A DNA stretch of 64,000 nt from Escherichia phage Bp4. Made by a program: the position numbers and the translations under genes. Positions 39,046-48,752 of this stretch are shown in pieces. The notes beneath the pieces were generated by a model, which worked only from the letters and a program-made list of their open reading frames with translations, did no database searches and was not told the origin of the DNA. The stretch lies in sequence record NC_024142.2; one strand, given 5' to 3'. Positions within the stretch are counted from its first letter, which is position 1; each line of letters starts with the position of its first letter.

Positions 39046-39486
39046 TTAACTACGTTTAAGGCCAGCGAACAGTGAAGGCTTAGTAGCAGGTTTCTCTGCT
39101 GGTTCTTCAGCCTTAGCCTCTTCCTGCACAACTTCTTCTTGTGCTTCTGGTTCAGATACTGCTTCTTCTTCAGGTTCCGGCGTAGAACTCTCGTTCTGAC
39201 CACCAGTAGAGGTCTGGGTTTCTTCTACCTTTACCTCTTCAACTACTTCTTCCGGCTCTGGTTCTACCGGACGATGTTTAGCTTCCTGTGGGTTCTTACG
39301 AGAACGACGAGTTTTCTTCTCTACTCCCACGGGTGGAGTATCTTCATGAACCTCTTCGTTGATACCAACGGAAGCTGTACCGTCTGCATTGATGACAATA
39401 TTGATGTCACCAGCAAGATTGATTTGATCATCGACATAAGCCTGTACAGCAGCTTCTACTTCGGACTGGTTCAAAATGATTTGCAT
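39046..39486 (-). CDS. acidic protein with Glu/Pro-rich tail
   Basis: C-terminal ~70 aa are E/P/V-rich (EPEPEEVVEEVKVEETQ…). Confidence 0.5.
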   Translation of the reverse strand: MQIILNQSEVEAAVQAYVDDQINLAGDINIVINADGTASVGINEEVHEDTPPVGVEKKTRRSRKNPQEAKHRPVEPEPEEVVEEVKVEETQTSTGGQNESSTPEPEEEAVSEPEAQEEVVQEEAKAEEPAEKPATKPSLFAGLKRS

Positions 39487-39487
39487 G

Positions 39488-40042
39488 TTACGCCTTTATT
39501 AAATTAAGGAGGTTTTGGAAAGCTGGGAGATTTACACCAGCATGGATTGCACCGATTGCATCAGCTAAGTGCTCATTCTTATTCAGAAGTTTGCCCTTCT
39601 TATCTGTGAGCCAGTTGGCTTCAGGATAGATGGCATGAGCAGCACGAATCATCGTGTCCTTAGATGCAGTTTTATCACCGACCAGTGCAAGTTTGTTTTC
39701 AATTGGGGATACTTCAAAGATTGGACAACCCAATGCACGAAATGCACCTATTAATCCTACGCATACGCCATAGGATTTCATACCGTTAGCAGACTGAGAG
39801 CCTACTGGTACTTCTACGAATACTGCTTTAGCAGACCGTAACCATTCCTCACAACCAAGAAACAAATCGTGAGCGGCTTGTATATCTTTGGAGTTGGTTC
39901 GAACTTGTTTGTTGTGGTCAACTTCAGTTTGAACCAGTTTAAGTTCGACCTGCTCGAAGACGCCGGACTCAATGTCCAGCATCCCACGAGCTAAACCCCA
40001 ATTGCGGAGACTAATGTCTGCACCGACAATTGGGATTTTCAT
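39488..40042 (-). CDS. RuvC-like Holliday junction resolvase
   Basis: N-terminal IVGADISLRNWGLA, FVEVP, C-terminal HLADAIGAIHAG, paralleling RuvC catalytic motifs. Confidence 0.7.
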   Translation of the reverse strand: MKIPIVGADISLRNWGLARGMLDIESGVFEQVELKLVQTEVDHNKQVRTNSKDIQAAHDLFLGCEEWLRSAKAVFVEVPVGSQSANGMKSYGVCVGLIGAFRALGCPIFEVSPIENKLALVGDKTASKDTMIRAAHAIYPEANWLTDKKGKLLNKNEHLADAIGAIHAGVNLPAFQNLLNLIKA

Positions 40043-40845
40043 TAACGTTTACCGAACAGTGATTTACCACTAGCAGGAGTAGTACCAGTGCCAGCACCTG
40101 CACCTGGTTTAGGAGGCAAGCCACCTTTACCATTACCACCAGCAGAACTCTTAGTCTTGTCACGAGTTTTGCCTTTGTTCTTTTCCAGCCATGCTGCATA
40201 GAATACAGCCAGTTCTGGGGTTAGTTCTTTTTCAGCCTTCTCTGCTTCCTGAGCCTCGACGACTGTGACCAGCAGTTCCGGGTGAAACACTTTCTGAATC
40301 TCGTTTACTTCACGAGTTTCGTCAGAGTCTACATAACCGTTGTCGCCTTTAACCTGCTTGTTTTCCAGAACTTTTTCCAGAGCGAAGGTAACAGTCTGGC
40401 CTACCAGGTCAACTGGAACCATGACAGATTTATTAACTTCTGCTTTAGCGTCGTAGTCGTAGACTTTAACAATCTTCTCTTCGAAGTCTGCTTCAGGCAG
40501 TTCAGTACCAGTAGCCATCAGCATCATGTCGTTAATGACAGTGTAGCCAGGCAGGAAGTACTCTTTACCATTTTTCTCGTAAGTCGGCTTGTTGCCTTTA
40601 GCATTACCAGAAGTGAAGTACACCTGAGCACGGAACTCGCCAGCAGGCACGCCATCAGAGTTTTTCAGGTCTTCAATAATTAACTGCATCCAGTCTGCAC
40701 CAGAATCAGCTTTGCCTACGTAAGCTACTTTTACAGTACCAGTGTAGATATCGGTTTCTTTTGCACCGAAGCCACCACCACCCAGAGAGTCTTTAGCAGC
40801 TTCAACGTTTTTGGTTTTTTCTTTCAGATTACTGAACAATGACAT
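40042..40845 (-). CDS. single-stranded DNA-binding protein (N4 SSB-like, by size and position)
   Basis: 267 aa with Gly-rich C-terminal tail, next to resolvase and ATPase. Confidence 0.45.
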   Translation of the reverse strand: MSLFSNLKEKTKNVEAAKDSLGGGGFGAKETDIYTGTVKVAYVGKADSGADWMQLIIEDLKNSDGVPAGEFRAQVYFTSGNAKGNKPTYEKNGKEYFLPGYTVINDMMLMATGTELPEADFEEKIVKVYDYDAKAEVNKSVMVPVDLVGQTVTFALEKVLENKQVKGDNGYVDSDETREVNEIQKVFHPELLVTVVEAQEAEKAEKELTPELAVFYAAWLEKNKGKTRDKTKSSAGGNGKGGLPPKPGAGAGTGTTPASGKSLFGKR

Positions 40846-40884
40846 ATGATTTTCCTAATAAGTGATTAACAACCAGACAAACGC

Positions 40885-41637
40885 TTAAGCGTAGTATTCA
40901 GCCAGGTGGTCTAAGAGTTTCTGGGCATCGTTATCAATGTAAGTCTCGGACTTATCGAACATACCCATAGGAGAACGAAGTCGTTTACCAACAGACTTCT
41001 TGGTTGGACGGGTCTGGAATACATGTTTATAGCCTAAATCACGTTCTTCCTCCGTAATTTCAAGCATCTTGTTTCCATACTTCTCCAGTTCTTTAATGTC
41101 TACACGTTCTGCGTAAACCACTGTAGAGAAGTAGGCTTCAAGCCCGTTATTCTTCAGAGAGCCTTTCACTGGGATGAACGTTTTCATCACACCAGCAGCT
41201 TCATCCAGTTCGTCTTTAGCATGAGCAGTAATGATTACTGGCTTACCAAACTTAACGACTTTTTGTTGCAGCAGTATCTTAAAGAACTGTGCAAAATCCC
41301 CCCATGCCTTTTGCGTGTTTGCAGAAGGCAGAACATACTGGGATTCCAGCATATCCATCATAAAAGTTGCTGAGTCAATGATGATACCATCAACATCATC
41401 TGCCATTTCTCCACCAGGAGATGCAACATCAAATGCTTCCCAGATTTGGTATGGGTCTTCGATGTTGTAGGTATTGAACTTGTTACGGAAAGGTAGACGT
41501 TTACCTGCCTCAGTGTTCAGATAGAGCCAGCGTTCCTGGTTCCTGATGTTACGCAGTGATGCTGATTTACCACTCGCTGAGAATCCTGCAATCAGGATTA
41601 GCTGAGTGTTCATATCATTGGGAATTACTTCGGACAT
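40885..41637 (-). CDS. P-loop ATPase (RecA/Sak4-like core)
   Basis: Walker A LILIAGFSASGKS and Walker B-like IIIDSATFMMD. Confidence 0.55.
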   Translation of the reverse strand: MSEVIPNDMNTQLILIAGFSASGKSASLRNIRNQERWLYLNTEAGKRLPFRNKFNTYNIEDPYQIWEAFDVASPGGEMADDVDGIIIDSATFMMDMLESQYVLPSANTQKAWGDFAQFFKILLQQKVVKFGKPVIITAHAKDELDEAAGVMKTFIPVKGSLKNNGLEAYFSTVVYAERVDIKELEKYGNKMLEITEEERDLGYKHVFQTRPTKKSVGKRLRSPMGMFDKSETYIDNDAQKLLDHLAEYYA

Positions 41638-41693
41638 TATTTTTCCTCATTTAATTTAGGAGTCCTTCAAACCAAAGAAAGACTCCTGTTTGC

Positions 41694-43586
41694 TTATTTG
41701 CCAGCGAAGCGTTTAGCCACGGTGACCATTACGGTTGCATTCAATTCATCATCTGGTAATGGATTAGCCAGTTTCTTATTGAATGAGTGGACGGCTTGCT
41801 GTACTTGGGCAAAATCCCAACCACTGTCAACCAATGCCAGTGCGTACTTAATCATTTGATTATTACGATTACCGGTAGCAATACGACTAGCGAACCAACG
41901 CTCCAGATTATCCAACGACTGTACTTCCTTCATCTGGTTCTGGAACTGCTCGTTCTTACTAGTACGAGGAATAAAGTCACGCACGTCCAACAGATTTGCT
42001 TCAAGATTGTAATGATAGGAACCAGTCTCACAGGACATCCATTTCTTGGCTCGCTGGTTAGCAGATTCATCCGTTTCGAACGGTAGCCAAGACATAACGT
42101 TATTCATAAACTCTTTGTATTCCTCAGTGTCGAGGTGTAACTCATAGTTCATTGGAATAATCAGTCGGAAGCGGTTCTCTTCATCAGAATGACGTTTAGT
42201 GGTATAGGTCATGAACTTATATTCCTTCATCAGTTCATGGCACGTATGCAGTGGTACTCCACCATCACAGTCAATAACAATCATGTTAAATCCTGGAATA
42301 ACGTTCTCTTCAGAACGATGTCCATTCTTCATGTGATGGTTTACCCAGTGCATACCGGGAGCTTGGGTTAATACATGCAACTGGTCGAACGGTACACGTT
42401 CACCAATGTAGTCATAAGCAAAGCTATCACTATATGCCACTATCATCTCATTGATGTCAGTTTCTTTCAGAGTCTCACCACGGAAGAACTCAATACCTTC
42501 ATTAAAAGTCTTCTTAATGATGATGTGCTGTTTGTAGCCCCATGCTGTAGCAAGAGTCATCATCTCATTACGAGCTGCATTGCCACTCTTATAGAATGGC
42601 AATGACTCCACCAAGTCAGCATGAGTTACTTCTTTACCTACAGAAGCAATGTATTTAGCCAGCTTCACATAAGCCTTCTCACGATTGAGGATTGTCTGGA
42701 ATGCTGCTCCAGATTCTTCTACAAGCAGAATTGCTTGTTTAAGGTGAGTCATCTCAATGAATGAACTCTGGTCAACAAACGCCAGTGCTCCTGCCAGTTT
42801 AAGTGCTTTGAAATAACGGTGGGAAATTTCAGCTTTACGAATTTCTTCGTGGTCAGCCATAGCTTCTGCTTGTTTCTCACAATCAATTTTGTAAGCAATC
42901 AGAGCAATACCCACTGCATCTTCCACAACCATCTTAAAACCAAACAGGTTTGGATCAGCCAGACTATGGAAATGGTTAGCCCACTTACCAAGAGTCTGTA
43001 CGTTATCTTGTTTAATCAAGTTACGGTAGATTTCTTCCGGGGTTAGTGTTGCATGTGCTCTTTTGTCTAAGTGACCAGTGGCAAACAGACAGCGACGTGC
43101 ATACCCTATATCAAGAAAGCCATAGAACTGGTCTTCAGTCTGACCACCATCCAGTAGCTTACTTGGTGTACCAAACAGCAGCAGGTTAGTTGGAGTTTTG
43201 CCATCCAATTCTTCACCACGAACGCTTTCAGCAGTATTCTTGGTTAGCTTCTGTTTTACTTTTCCCTGGTCATATAACTCCAGGAACAGGGTTAGTACAT
43301 CCATGTTAGCCAACAGGTTCGAACCAATTTCATCAATCTGAAGATTGATTGAACCACATCCAGCCATTAATAGTTTATGGCGTAGTTGTTTAACTGCTGG
43401 TGGAGTACCTGAGTCAAACGTAAACGGATATGCCCCTGCACGTTTATACTCTGCCTCAACTTTATCAAACTCTTCCTGCTGGTCAGTACCCTGCCGTGCA
43501 GAGCGTTCGTTAGCAATCTTCCATAGACGATCATTTGCAATGACGGGCATGGTGTCTTCCATAAAGCGTTTACGGAAGCCAGTCAT
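41694..43586 (-). CDS. primase-like replication protein (DxD motif)
   Basis: 630 aa, MIVIDCDGG resembles the hhhDhD primase motif; position in the replication module. Confidence 0.4.
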   Translation of the reverse strand: MTGFRKRFMEDTMPVIANDRLWKIANERSARQGTDQQEEFDKVEAEYKRAGAYPFTFDSGTPPAVKQLRHKLLMAGCGSINLQIDEIGSNLLANMDVLTLFLELYDQGKVKQKLTKNTAESVRGEELDGKTPTNLLLFGTPSKLLDGGQTEDQFYGFLDIGYARRCLFATGHLDKRAHATLTPEEIYRNLIKQDNVQTLGKWANHFHSLADPNLFGFKMVVEDAVGIALIAYKIDCEKQAEAMADHEEIRKAEISHRYFKALKLAGALAFVDQSSFIEMTHLKQAILLVEESGAAFQTILNREKAYVKLAKYIASVGKEVTHADLVESLPFYKSGNAARNEMMTLATAWGYKQHIIIKKTFNEGIEFFRGETLKETDINEMIVAYSDSFAYDYIGERVPFDQLHVLTQAPGMHWVNHHMKNGHRSEENVIPGFNMIVIDCDGGVPLHTCHELMKEYKFMTYTTKRHSDEENRFRLIIPMNYELHLDTEEYKEFMNNVMSWLPFETDESANQRAKKWMSCETGSYHYNLEANLLDVRDFIPRTSKNEQFQNQMKEVQSLDNLERWFASRIATGNRNNQMIKYALALVDSGWDFAQVQQAVHSFNKKLANPLPDDELNATVMVTVAKRFAGK

Positions 43587-43846
43587 GAACCCGTCTTCAA
43601 TGATATTACTGAGTGACCTTTACCGAAACCAGATGTAGCCAACGCTATAGCGTAGATGTTTACCGGCAGGTCACCACGATCTTTAGTTACGATGGTTGCA
43701 CCCATGCAGGATGCCATTTTAGCCAAGAAGTAGGCTACTTCGACACGGAAAAATCCCCGGTCATTATTCTGGGTTTTATTGCAGAGCACATCTACGATTT
43801 CTTCAATCGCCGGATGATGCACTACTCCGGTAAGGTCAATACTCAT
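43583..43846 (-). CDS. hypothetical small protein
   Basis: Start at MSIDLTG overlaps the upstream stop; end overlaps the next start. Confidence 0.3.
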   Translation of the reverse strand: MSIDLTGVVHHPAIEEIVDVLCNKTQNNDRGFFRVEVAYFLAKMASCMGATIVTKDRGDLPVNIYAIALATSGFGKGHSVISLKTGS

Positions 43847-44823
43847 GATGGAAAATATCTCTCTCTTTGTTTGCAAATGGACGCGACAGGGCAGTATAGA
43901 CAACGCTTAACCTGCCCCTCCACGACCTTGATAGCACCCTTGCCACCTTTTTCAGCCATGAAGATACGAGCAGATGCCATATCGTCAAATTTTTTGGTAC
44001 TTCTGGCTCCAGGTACATCTACCTTAGAAGCATCAGAGAAGTATTTGAACTGTGGCTCTGTTCGCCACAACTCCTCATCAGTACATTCAGGAATTTCCTC
44101 TTCTGGTGCATTCCAGTACTTCTCAATGAGGTGAATCTTCTCTTCTACCCAACGTTCAGTCTTCTCAACAGATAGCAACGGAATATCCTTATGCATAATA
44201 CGATTAGCAGGATAGTTTGGATTGCTATTAGCCATATGCTTCATGAAGTCAGTGAAGATGTAGTTAATACGGATTACATCCTCGGTAATGATGTCGTTGT
44301 GAATCCAACGGTACAAGCTGCCTTGCATCTTGTGTTCATCATCACGGGAACCAGCAACCCAGGAATAGGTTGAGGTAGACTTAAAGTCCTGCAACAGACC
44401 TTCTGTTACGATGTCGAACTTACCACCGATAGTCCAACCCTTAACTACCCTGGTTCCACGCTGTTCAATGTAGATTGGGATAAGGTCAGGGTTAGCATCA
44501 AAGTCTGCTTTGGTTGGGTTAATAACTACTGCATCAATTACTCGTTGAGGATAACCCAACTTCTTCAATGCAGTCTTATGACCCAGCTTCCAGGCTTTCT
44601 CGATAGAATCATGTAAACCAGTACCCATTGATGTGGAGACGAAATCCATAACATCAATTGACTGATCACTTAAATCTACACGATGCTTCATGACGATTTG
44701 CTTAATGGGCTTAAGCAATGTGGTAACAGACAGATACTTAGGGTTATCTACATAGTCATAATCATCCGTTACAAGCCATACAGCTAGTGCAAGACTAACG
44801 TCGTGTTTGTTGGTAAGTTTCAT
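43843..44823 (-). CDS. PD-(D/E)xK family nuclease with C-terminal Cys cluster
   Basis: GKFDIVTEGLLQDFK (D…E…K arrangement) and C-terminal CLYCPVASIC. Confidence 0.45.
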   Translation of the reverse strand: MKLTNKHDVSLALAVWLVTDDYDYVDNPKYLSVTTLLKPIKQIVMKHRVDLSDQSIDVMDFVSTSMGTGLHDSIEKAWKLGHKTALKKLGYPQRVIDAVVINPTKADFDANPDLIPIYIEQRGTRVVKGWTIGGKFDIVTEGLLQDFKSTSTYSWVAGSRDDEHKMQGSLYRWIHNDIITEDVIRINYIFTDFMKHMANSNPNYPANRIMHKDIPLLSVEKTERWVEEKIHLIEKYWNAPEEEIPECTDEELWRTEPQFKYFSDASKVDVPGARSTKKFDDMASARIFMAEKGGKGAIKVVEGQVKRCLYCPVASICKQRERYFPS

Positions 44824-45317
44824 AACAGTCCCAATTGCTTATTAGTTTTAGCAAACTCACCATAATGAGTTATAGCAGCTTCATCATAGAGAACAGCAGC
44901 TTCTCTTGGGTCATCTGTAAAACCTAATGTAATTGGTTTACTGTTAACCCAAATAGTTGCTCTGTATTTACCTAAATTCTTTGAAAAGGATACCCCCTTA
45001 AATCCAGATGTGTTTGTTTTAGATAAAACAGCACTCTGGTTATTCTGCTTGTGGGTCGCTTCTCTGAGGTTATCTATCCAGTTGTGATGGCGAATATTGT
45101 CCTTATGGTCAATCCTATCCGTAGGCCATACACCGTGCACATAGAACCATGCAAGGATATGCCCATAGTACAACACACTATCTACACGGAGTTGAACGTA
45201 ACCACTCTTCATTAGGTAACCAGATACCTTTCCGGTATTCCTACGAGTAAAAATCCCGGAAATAGGGTCATAACTAACAAGCTGTAAAAGCCTGTCATGG
45301 GCAATCCTCTGTTTCAT
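44820..45317 (-). CDS. HNH homing endonuclease with AP2 DNA-binding domain
   Basis: HNH core RIDHKDNIRHHNWIDNLREATHKQNN, then AP2-like SGFKGVSFSKNLGKYRATIWVNSKPITLGFTDD. Confidence 0.8.
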   Translation of the reverse strand: MKQRIAHDRLLQLVSYDPISGIFTRRNTGKVSGYLMKSGYVQLRVDSVLYYGHILAWFYVHGVWPTDRIDHKDNIRHHNWIDNLREATHKQNNQSAVLSKTNTSGFKGVSFSKNLGKYRATIWVNSKPITLGFTDDPREAAVLYDEAAITHYGEFAKTNKQLGLL

Positions 45318-45388
45318 AATTAGTTACTCGTCATGCAATAGCCATACAGCCAGGGCCAGTGATACATCATGGTTGTTGGTTATCTTCA

Positions 45389-45865
45389 TTAGTAAGTAAT
45401 CCTGTATCTGTGAACCCAGTTCCACTTAATTTCACTTAGCTGATTGAAGTTATACGAGTAAATTTCATCTCGTTCATCTTTATAAACAATCTCAATGAAT
45501 GAAAATTCTTTAGTGAAGTGAGGTTTACCATTGTTTGTATGGTGCCAATAACTACCAACGGTATTTACATTCGTAGCAGGATCCGGAAATAACTCACTAG
45601 CTAACTTCTCCTTAGCAAGAATACGATTAGCATAATGAACCAGCTTCTCTGCATCGTAAACAGCAGTGTTTCCAGGTTTACCATTACCCATACGGGCAGC
45701 AGCATTTCGCCATAGAGCTTTAAAGGCACAACCTTCATCGAAGGTCATGCCCAGTGCTTGGATAATATCCTCACACTCTGCTTGGTATGGCTCTTGCTCT
45801 TTCCGTTGAGGGTGCTTAACTGGTACTACATACCAGTTATTCAATCCACCGGAGAGCTTAGCCAT
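45389..45865 (-). CDS. hypothetical protein
   Basis: 158-aa ORF in the replication module. Confidence 0.45.
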   Translation of the reverse strand: MAKLSGGLNNWYVVPVKHPQRKEQEPYQAECEDIIQALGMTFDEGCAFKALWRNAAARMGNGKPGNTAVYDAEKLVHYANRILAKEKLASELFPDPATNVNTVGSYWHHTNNGKPHFTKEFSFIEIVYKDERDEIYSYNFNQLSEIKWNWVHRYRITY

Positions 45866-46170
45866 TATTTCTCCTTGGGAATCATGTTTGCCTGGAACTC
45901 TGGTTCAGACATCAGACCCAGGTTGCTAAGAGACAGATAAACGATGTCTTTCAAGTCAACTGAAGTGTCGAAACGCTGGTCCAGACTGATTTTCAGAGAG
46001 TGATTGGCACGAGCCAAATCTTTATAGGTCACGTAAGGTTCATCTGTGAGCAACATTGTGTTCATGGTAAGCAGGGAACCATCATCCACTTTAGGGAGTT
46101 GGAAGACTACCTGTGCTGCTACCATCCAATGATATTTTCTGACTACAGTTTCTTTAGTACTTTTGGTCAT
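45865..46170 (-). CDS. hypothetical protein
   Basis: 101-aa ORF, start overlaps upstream stop. Confidence 0.4.
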   Translation of the reverse strand: MTKSTKETVVRKYHWMVAAQVVFQLPKVDDGSLLTMNTMLLTDEPYVTYKDLARANHSLKISLDQRFDTSVDLKDIVYLSLSNLGLMSEPEFQANMIPKEK

Positions 46171-46661
46171 GCGAATGCCTTTTGAATTATTTGATGAACT
46201 TCTTCTGGGGTAGCGTGATTTGGAATTTCAATCTCGTTAGCCCACGTTGGGTAAAACAAGGATAGTTCCCCACCCAAACCAACTTCTGGGTGAGCAATAT
46301 CAGGATGGTCTTGCCAGTTAACGGCTTCAACCAAGTGCTTGTTCGTGAATTGCAAAGTATCCATGTTGTCACGAATCATGAAGTACTGAGCATCATGAAT
46401 ATGAATACTAGGACGAATATCTAACCTGAACTCACTGGCTCTGACTTTACGCATAAACTCTGAACCAGCACGGTTATTTAGTAGACACCAGCTTTGCCCT
46501 AAAGCATTACCAGCAGTTCTGCCTTCTGCTTCTGCTTCATACGGAGTCTTACATGTCCCACGTAATACTTGAGCCAGTAAAGGAGTACGCACTCTCAAAC
46601 CGAATGCGGCAGTAACATAACCAGTTTTGGCAGCTTCGTCTAGCTTAGCCTGAACCCACAT
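46167..46661 (-). CDS. DNA polymerase, family A, C-terminal segment (motif C)
   Basis: Frame continues upstream as …YGLMENCGFSEEKAKTTEKRYHDLYVVSDMWVQ…; contains HIHDAQYF; separated from the middle segment by a T4/A4 indel at 46732-46735. Confidence 0.75.
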   Translation of the reverse strand: MWVQAKLDEAAKTGYVTAAFGLRVRTPLLAQVLRGTCKTPYEAEAEGRTAGNALGQSWCLLNNRAGSEFMRKVRASEFRLDIRPSIHIHDAQYFMIRDNMDTLQFTNKHLVEAVNWQDHPDIAHPEVGLGGELSLFYPTWANEIEIPNHATPEEVHQIIQKAFA

Positions 46662-46669
46662 GTCGCTAA

Positions 46670-47143
46670 CTACATAGAGGTCGTGATAACGTTTCTCTGT
46701 AGTCTTAGCCTTCTCTTCTGAGAAGCCACAGTTTTCATTAAGCCCATATATGTACCACCATAGGTAAGCAGGAAGGTTGGAGCCTTCGAGTCACTACGCA
46801 ATGATTTGTACTTATGCTGAATGGAGTTAATGGATTCTACCGTGTCTTCTATGTCCGGCATCTGCTCACCAAAGTAAGCATATGCACGAAGACTGTGACC
46901 ATCATAACCATCGGTATATACCTTGAGCTTCTGCGGATCTTTAGTAGTTAAAGCTGAGATACGGTCTTCAAGGCTTGCAAAGTCCAGTCCACAAAAGATC
47001 CAACCCGGTGGTGCTTCGAAGCATTTCTTAATCTTCTTGGCGTATTTGGAACCAGATGGAATGGTTTGCAGGTTTGGCTCAGAGGCAGATAATCTACCAG
47101 AAACCGTTCCCCCAAATTGAGGTTGCCGAATAGGTAGTGCCAT
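46670..47143 (-). CDS. DNA polymerase, family A, middle segment (motifs A and B)
   Basis: GRLSASEPNLQTIP and GLDFASLEDRI correspond to Pol A motifs. Confidence 0.75.
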   Translation of the reverse strand: MALPIRQPQFGGTVSGRLSASEPNLQTIPSGSKYAKKIKKCFEAPPGWIFCGLDFASLEDRISALTTKDPQKLKVYTDGYDGHSLRAYAYFGEQMPDIEDTVESINSIQHKYKSLRSDSKAPTFLLTYGGTYMGLMKTVASQKRRLRLQRNVITTSM

Positions 47144-48633
47144 CCATCCGGACCAGGTTGGGCATTTCTAAAGGCCGGGATGAAGCTAGTGATAATCTTA
47201 TCCACAAGCTTATAGTCGATAAGCGCATTGAGCAGTTCCTTAACATCTTCGCTCTGCGTATGTGTACGCAGTGCTTTAATGGTGTCACCATCAGTAGCAG
47301 GTTGCTTACTCTTAGTAAGACCAAGAACCGGTAAGCCAATATAGTCAAATAACAGCTTCTGTAATTGTGGACCGGAGTTAGGATTAAACTCGATGTCACA
47401 ATCAGCAAGCGTTACCTGTTTCTTCTTGAGCTTAGCATTCTTATCATCTACCCATTCCTGACGAAGCATCAGGGTGAAGTTCTTCATGAGCTTAGACTCA
47501 CGAATAGTTTTCAGAGCCTGGTTCCTGTCAGTTTCCATCTCCTTAGCTACTTGGTTAACGGTATCCATATTCATGGGCATACCGGTTAACTGCATCTGGA
47601 TTATGTCTTCACATGCTGGTTTAAAGATGTTGTTGTAAACATCTAATTGGTCATCAGCAATGAGAGTATCCCAGTGCTTCTCATAGGTGTACCAGGTACA
47701 CAAACCGTCAATGAGGTTGTAGCGTAACAGTTGCTCATTAGGAATAAGACGAATGTCTTTAATGTCATCCTGAGCATAGTTACCAGCATACTCCTGAGCC
47801 TGGTCTTTTAGACTAAGGTGATTACCAGCACAACTGTTAGTAGCCAGGTAGGTGATTAACTTAGTACAGTCCCAGTTGCGTAGCATGATTTCCATACCAT
47901 GCAGTAAGCCTTCTGTATCAATCAGGTTATCCATGAATAACTGATAGATAAGCACATACACGTCGTAGCTAATGTTGTGATACATCTGCCGTTGAGTGTA
48001 CTTAATGAAGAACTCACGAAGAAGATTTCGAACAACATCATTTCTGTTGATACGCCCGTATGGTGCTTCAGTAGCTCCAGGAATCGGCTCGTAGTCCACA
48101 TTAAAGGCTATGCCTTGTGTCTTACTCCAACAGAACGTAATTGTTCCTATACCTGCGTTATAGTGCTTTAAACCGAATGCCTCGATGTCTATAGCCAGTG
48201 GCTTATTCATCTCAAGCAGTTGGTCTAGCCAGGCTTTAATCTTCTCTGGGGTATCTGGATAAGCCTCAAACTCAATGATTCCCTGACCTGGTTCTGCATA
48301 CTGCCCACGTATGTGGTTAAGTAATGCATCCATACCCTGAGCAATCTTAGATTTCACTACAGGAGGGTCATAAAAGACCTGTCTGTAGCTAGGTGCATAG
48401 ATAACCTTCTGCTTACCCCATACTGAATCACAAACGTAGCCGAGGTTAGCCTCTGCTTTTGCTTCTTTAGTCAGTATTTTGAAGTAGTCAGAATCGGTAC
48501 AGATAATGTATTGAGTCTCTGCATCGTCCAGTACTTGTTGCAACTCCTGCTGTATGAACTCCTTAATCTCCCTTGCAGGAGTCTTCTTCTTGCCGGGGGC
48601 AGAATGAAGTTCGATGAAGATGAAATCTTCCAT
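46948..48633 (-). CDS. DNA polymerase, family A, N-terminal segment with 3'-5' exonuclease domain
   Basis: Exo I-like LAIDIEAFGL; true frame ends near 47110, where a C5/G5 run shifts into the middle segment. Confidence 0.8.
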   Translation of the reverse strand: MEDFIFIELHSAPGKKKTPAREIKEFIQQELQQVLDDAETQYIICTDSDYFKILTKEAKAEANLGYVCDSVWGKQKVIYAPSYRQVFYDPPVVKSKIAQGMDALLNHIRGQYAEPGQGIIEFEAYPDTPEKIKAWLDQLLEMNKPLAIDIEAFGLKHYNAGIGTITFCWSKTQGIAFNVDYEPIPGATEAPYGRINRNDVVRNLLREFFIKYTQRQMYHNISYDVYVLIYQLFMDNLIDTEGLLHGMEIMLRNWDCTKLITYLATNSCAGNHLSLKDQAQEYAGNYAQDDIKDIRLIPNEQLLRYNLIDGLCTWYTYEKHWDTLIADDQLDVYNNIFKPACEDIIQMQLTGMPMNMDTVNQVAKEMETDRNQALKTIRESKLMKNFTLMLRQEWVDDKNAKLKKKQVTLADCDIEFNPNSGPQLQKLLFDYIGLPVLGLTKSKQPATDGDTIKALRTHTQSEDVKELLNALIDYKLVDKIITSFIPAFRNAQPGPDGWHYLFGNLNLGERFLVDYLPLSQTCKPFHLVPNTPRRLRNASKHHRVGSFVDWTLQALKTVSQL

Positions 48634-48705
48634 GCTTAGGTCATTAGGCAGCAGGTAGGTTTAATCATCTCCTCCCTTCGGATTTGATGACCGAGGATAG
48701 CAATA

Positions 48706-48723
48706 GGATACTTACCCGTATCC
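48706..48723. promoter_or_regulatory. hairpin in the DNA polymerase upstream region
   Basis: GGATAC-TTACCC-GTATCC in the 120-nt gap upstream of the pol start. Confidence 0.3.
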
Positions 48724-48752
48724 TGAGAGGTGATGTAACGCATAGCCTTACC

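Noticed and set aside
38904-39203. Lys/Arg-rich 99-aa minus-strand ORF
   Set aside because: N-terminal part is the alternate frame of the Glu-rich gene 39046..39486, giving artificial K/R richness
48634-48752. N4-type vRNAP hairpin promoter upstream of the DNA polymerase gene
   Set aside because: The hairpin GGATAC-TTACCC-GTATCC has a 6-nt loop, not the 3-nt loop expected of N4 early promoters, and lies in the middle region; kept only as a generic regulatory hairpin
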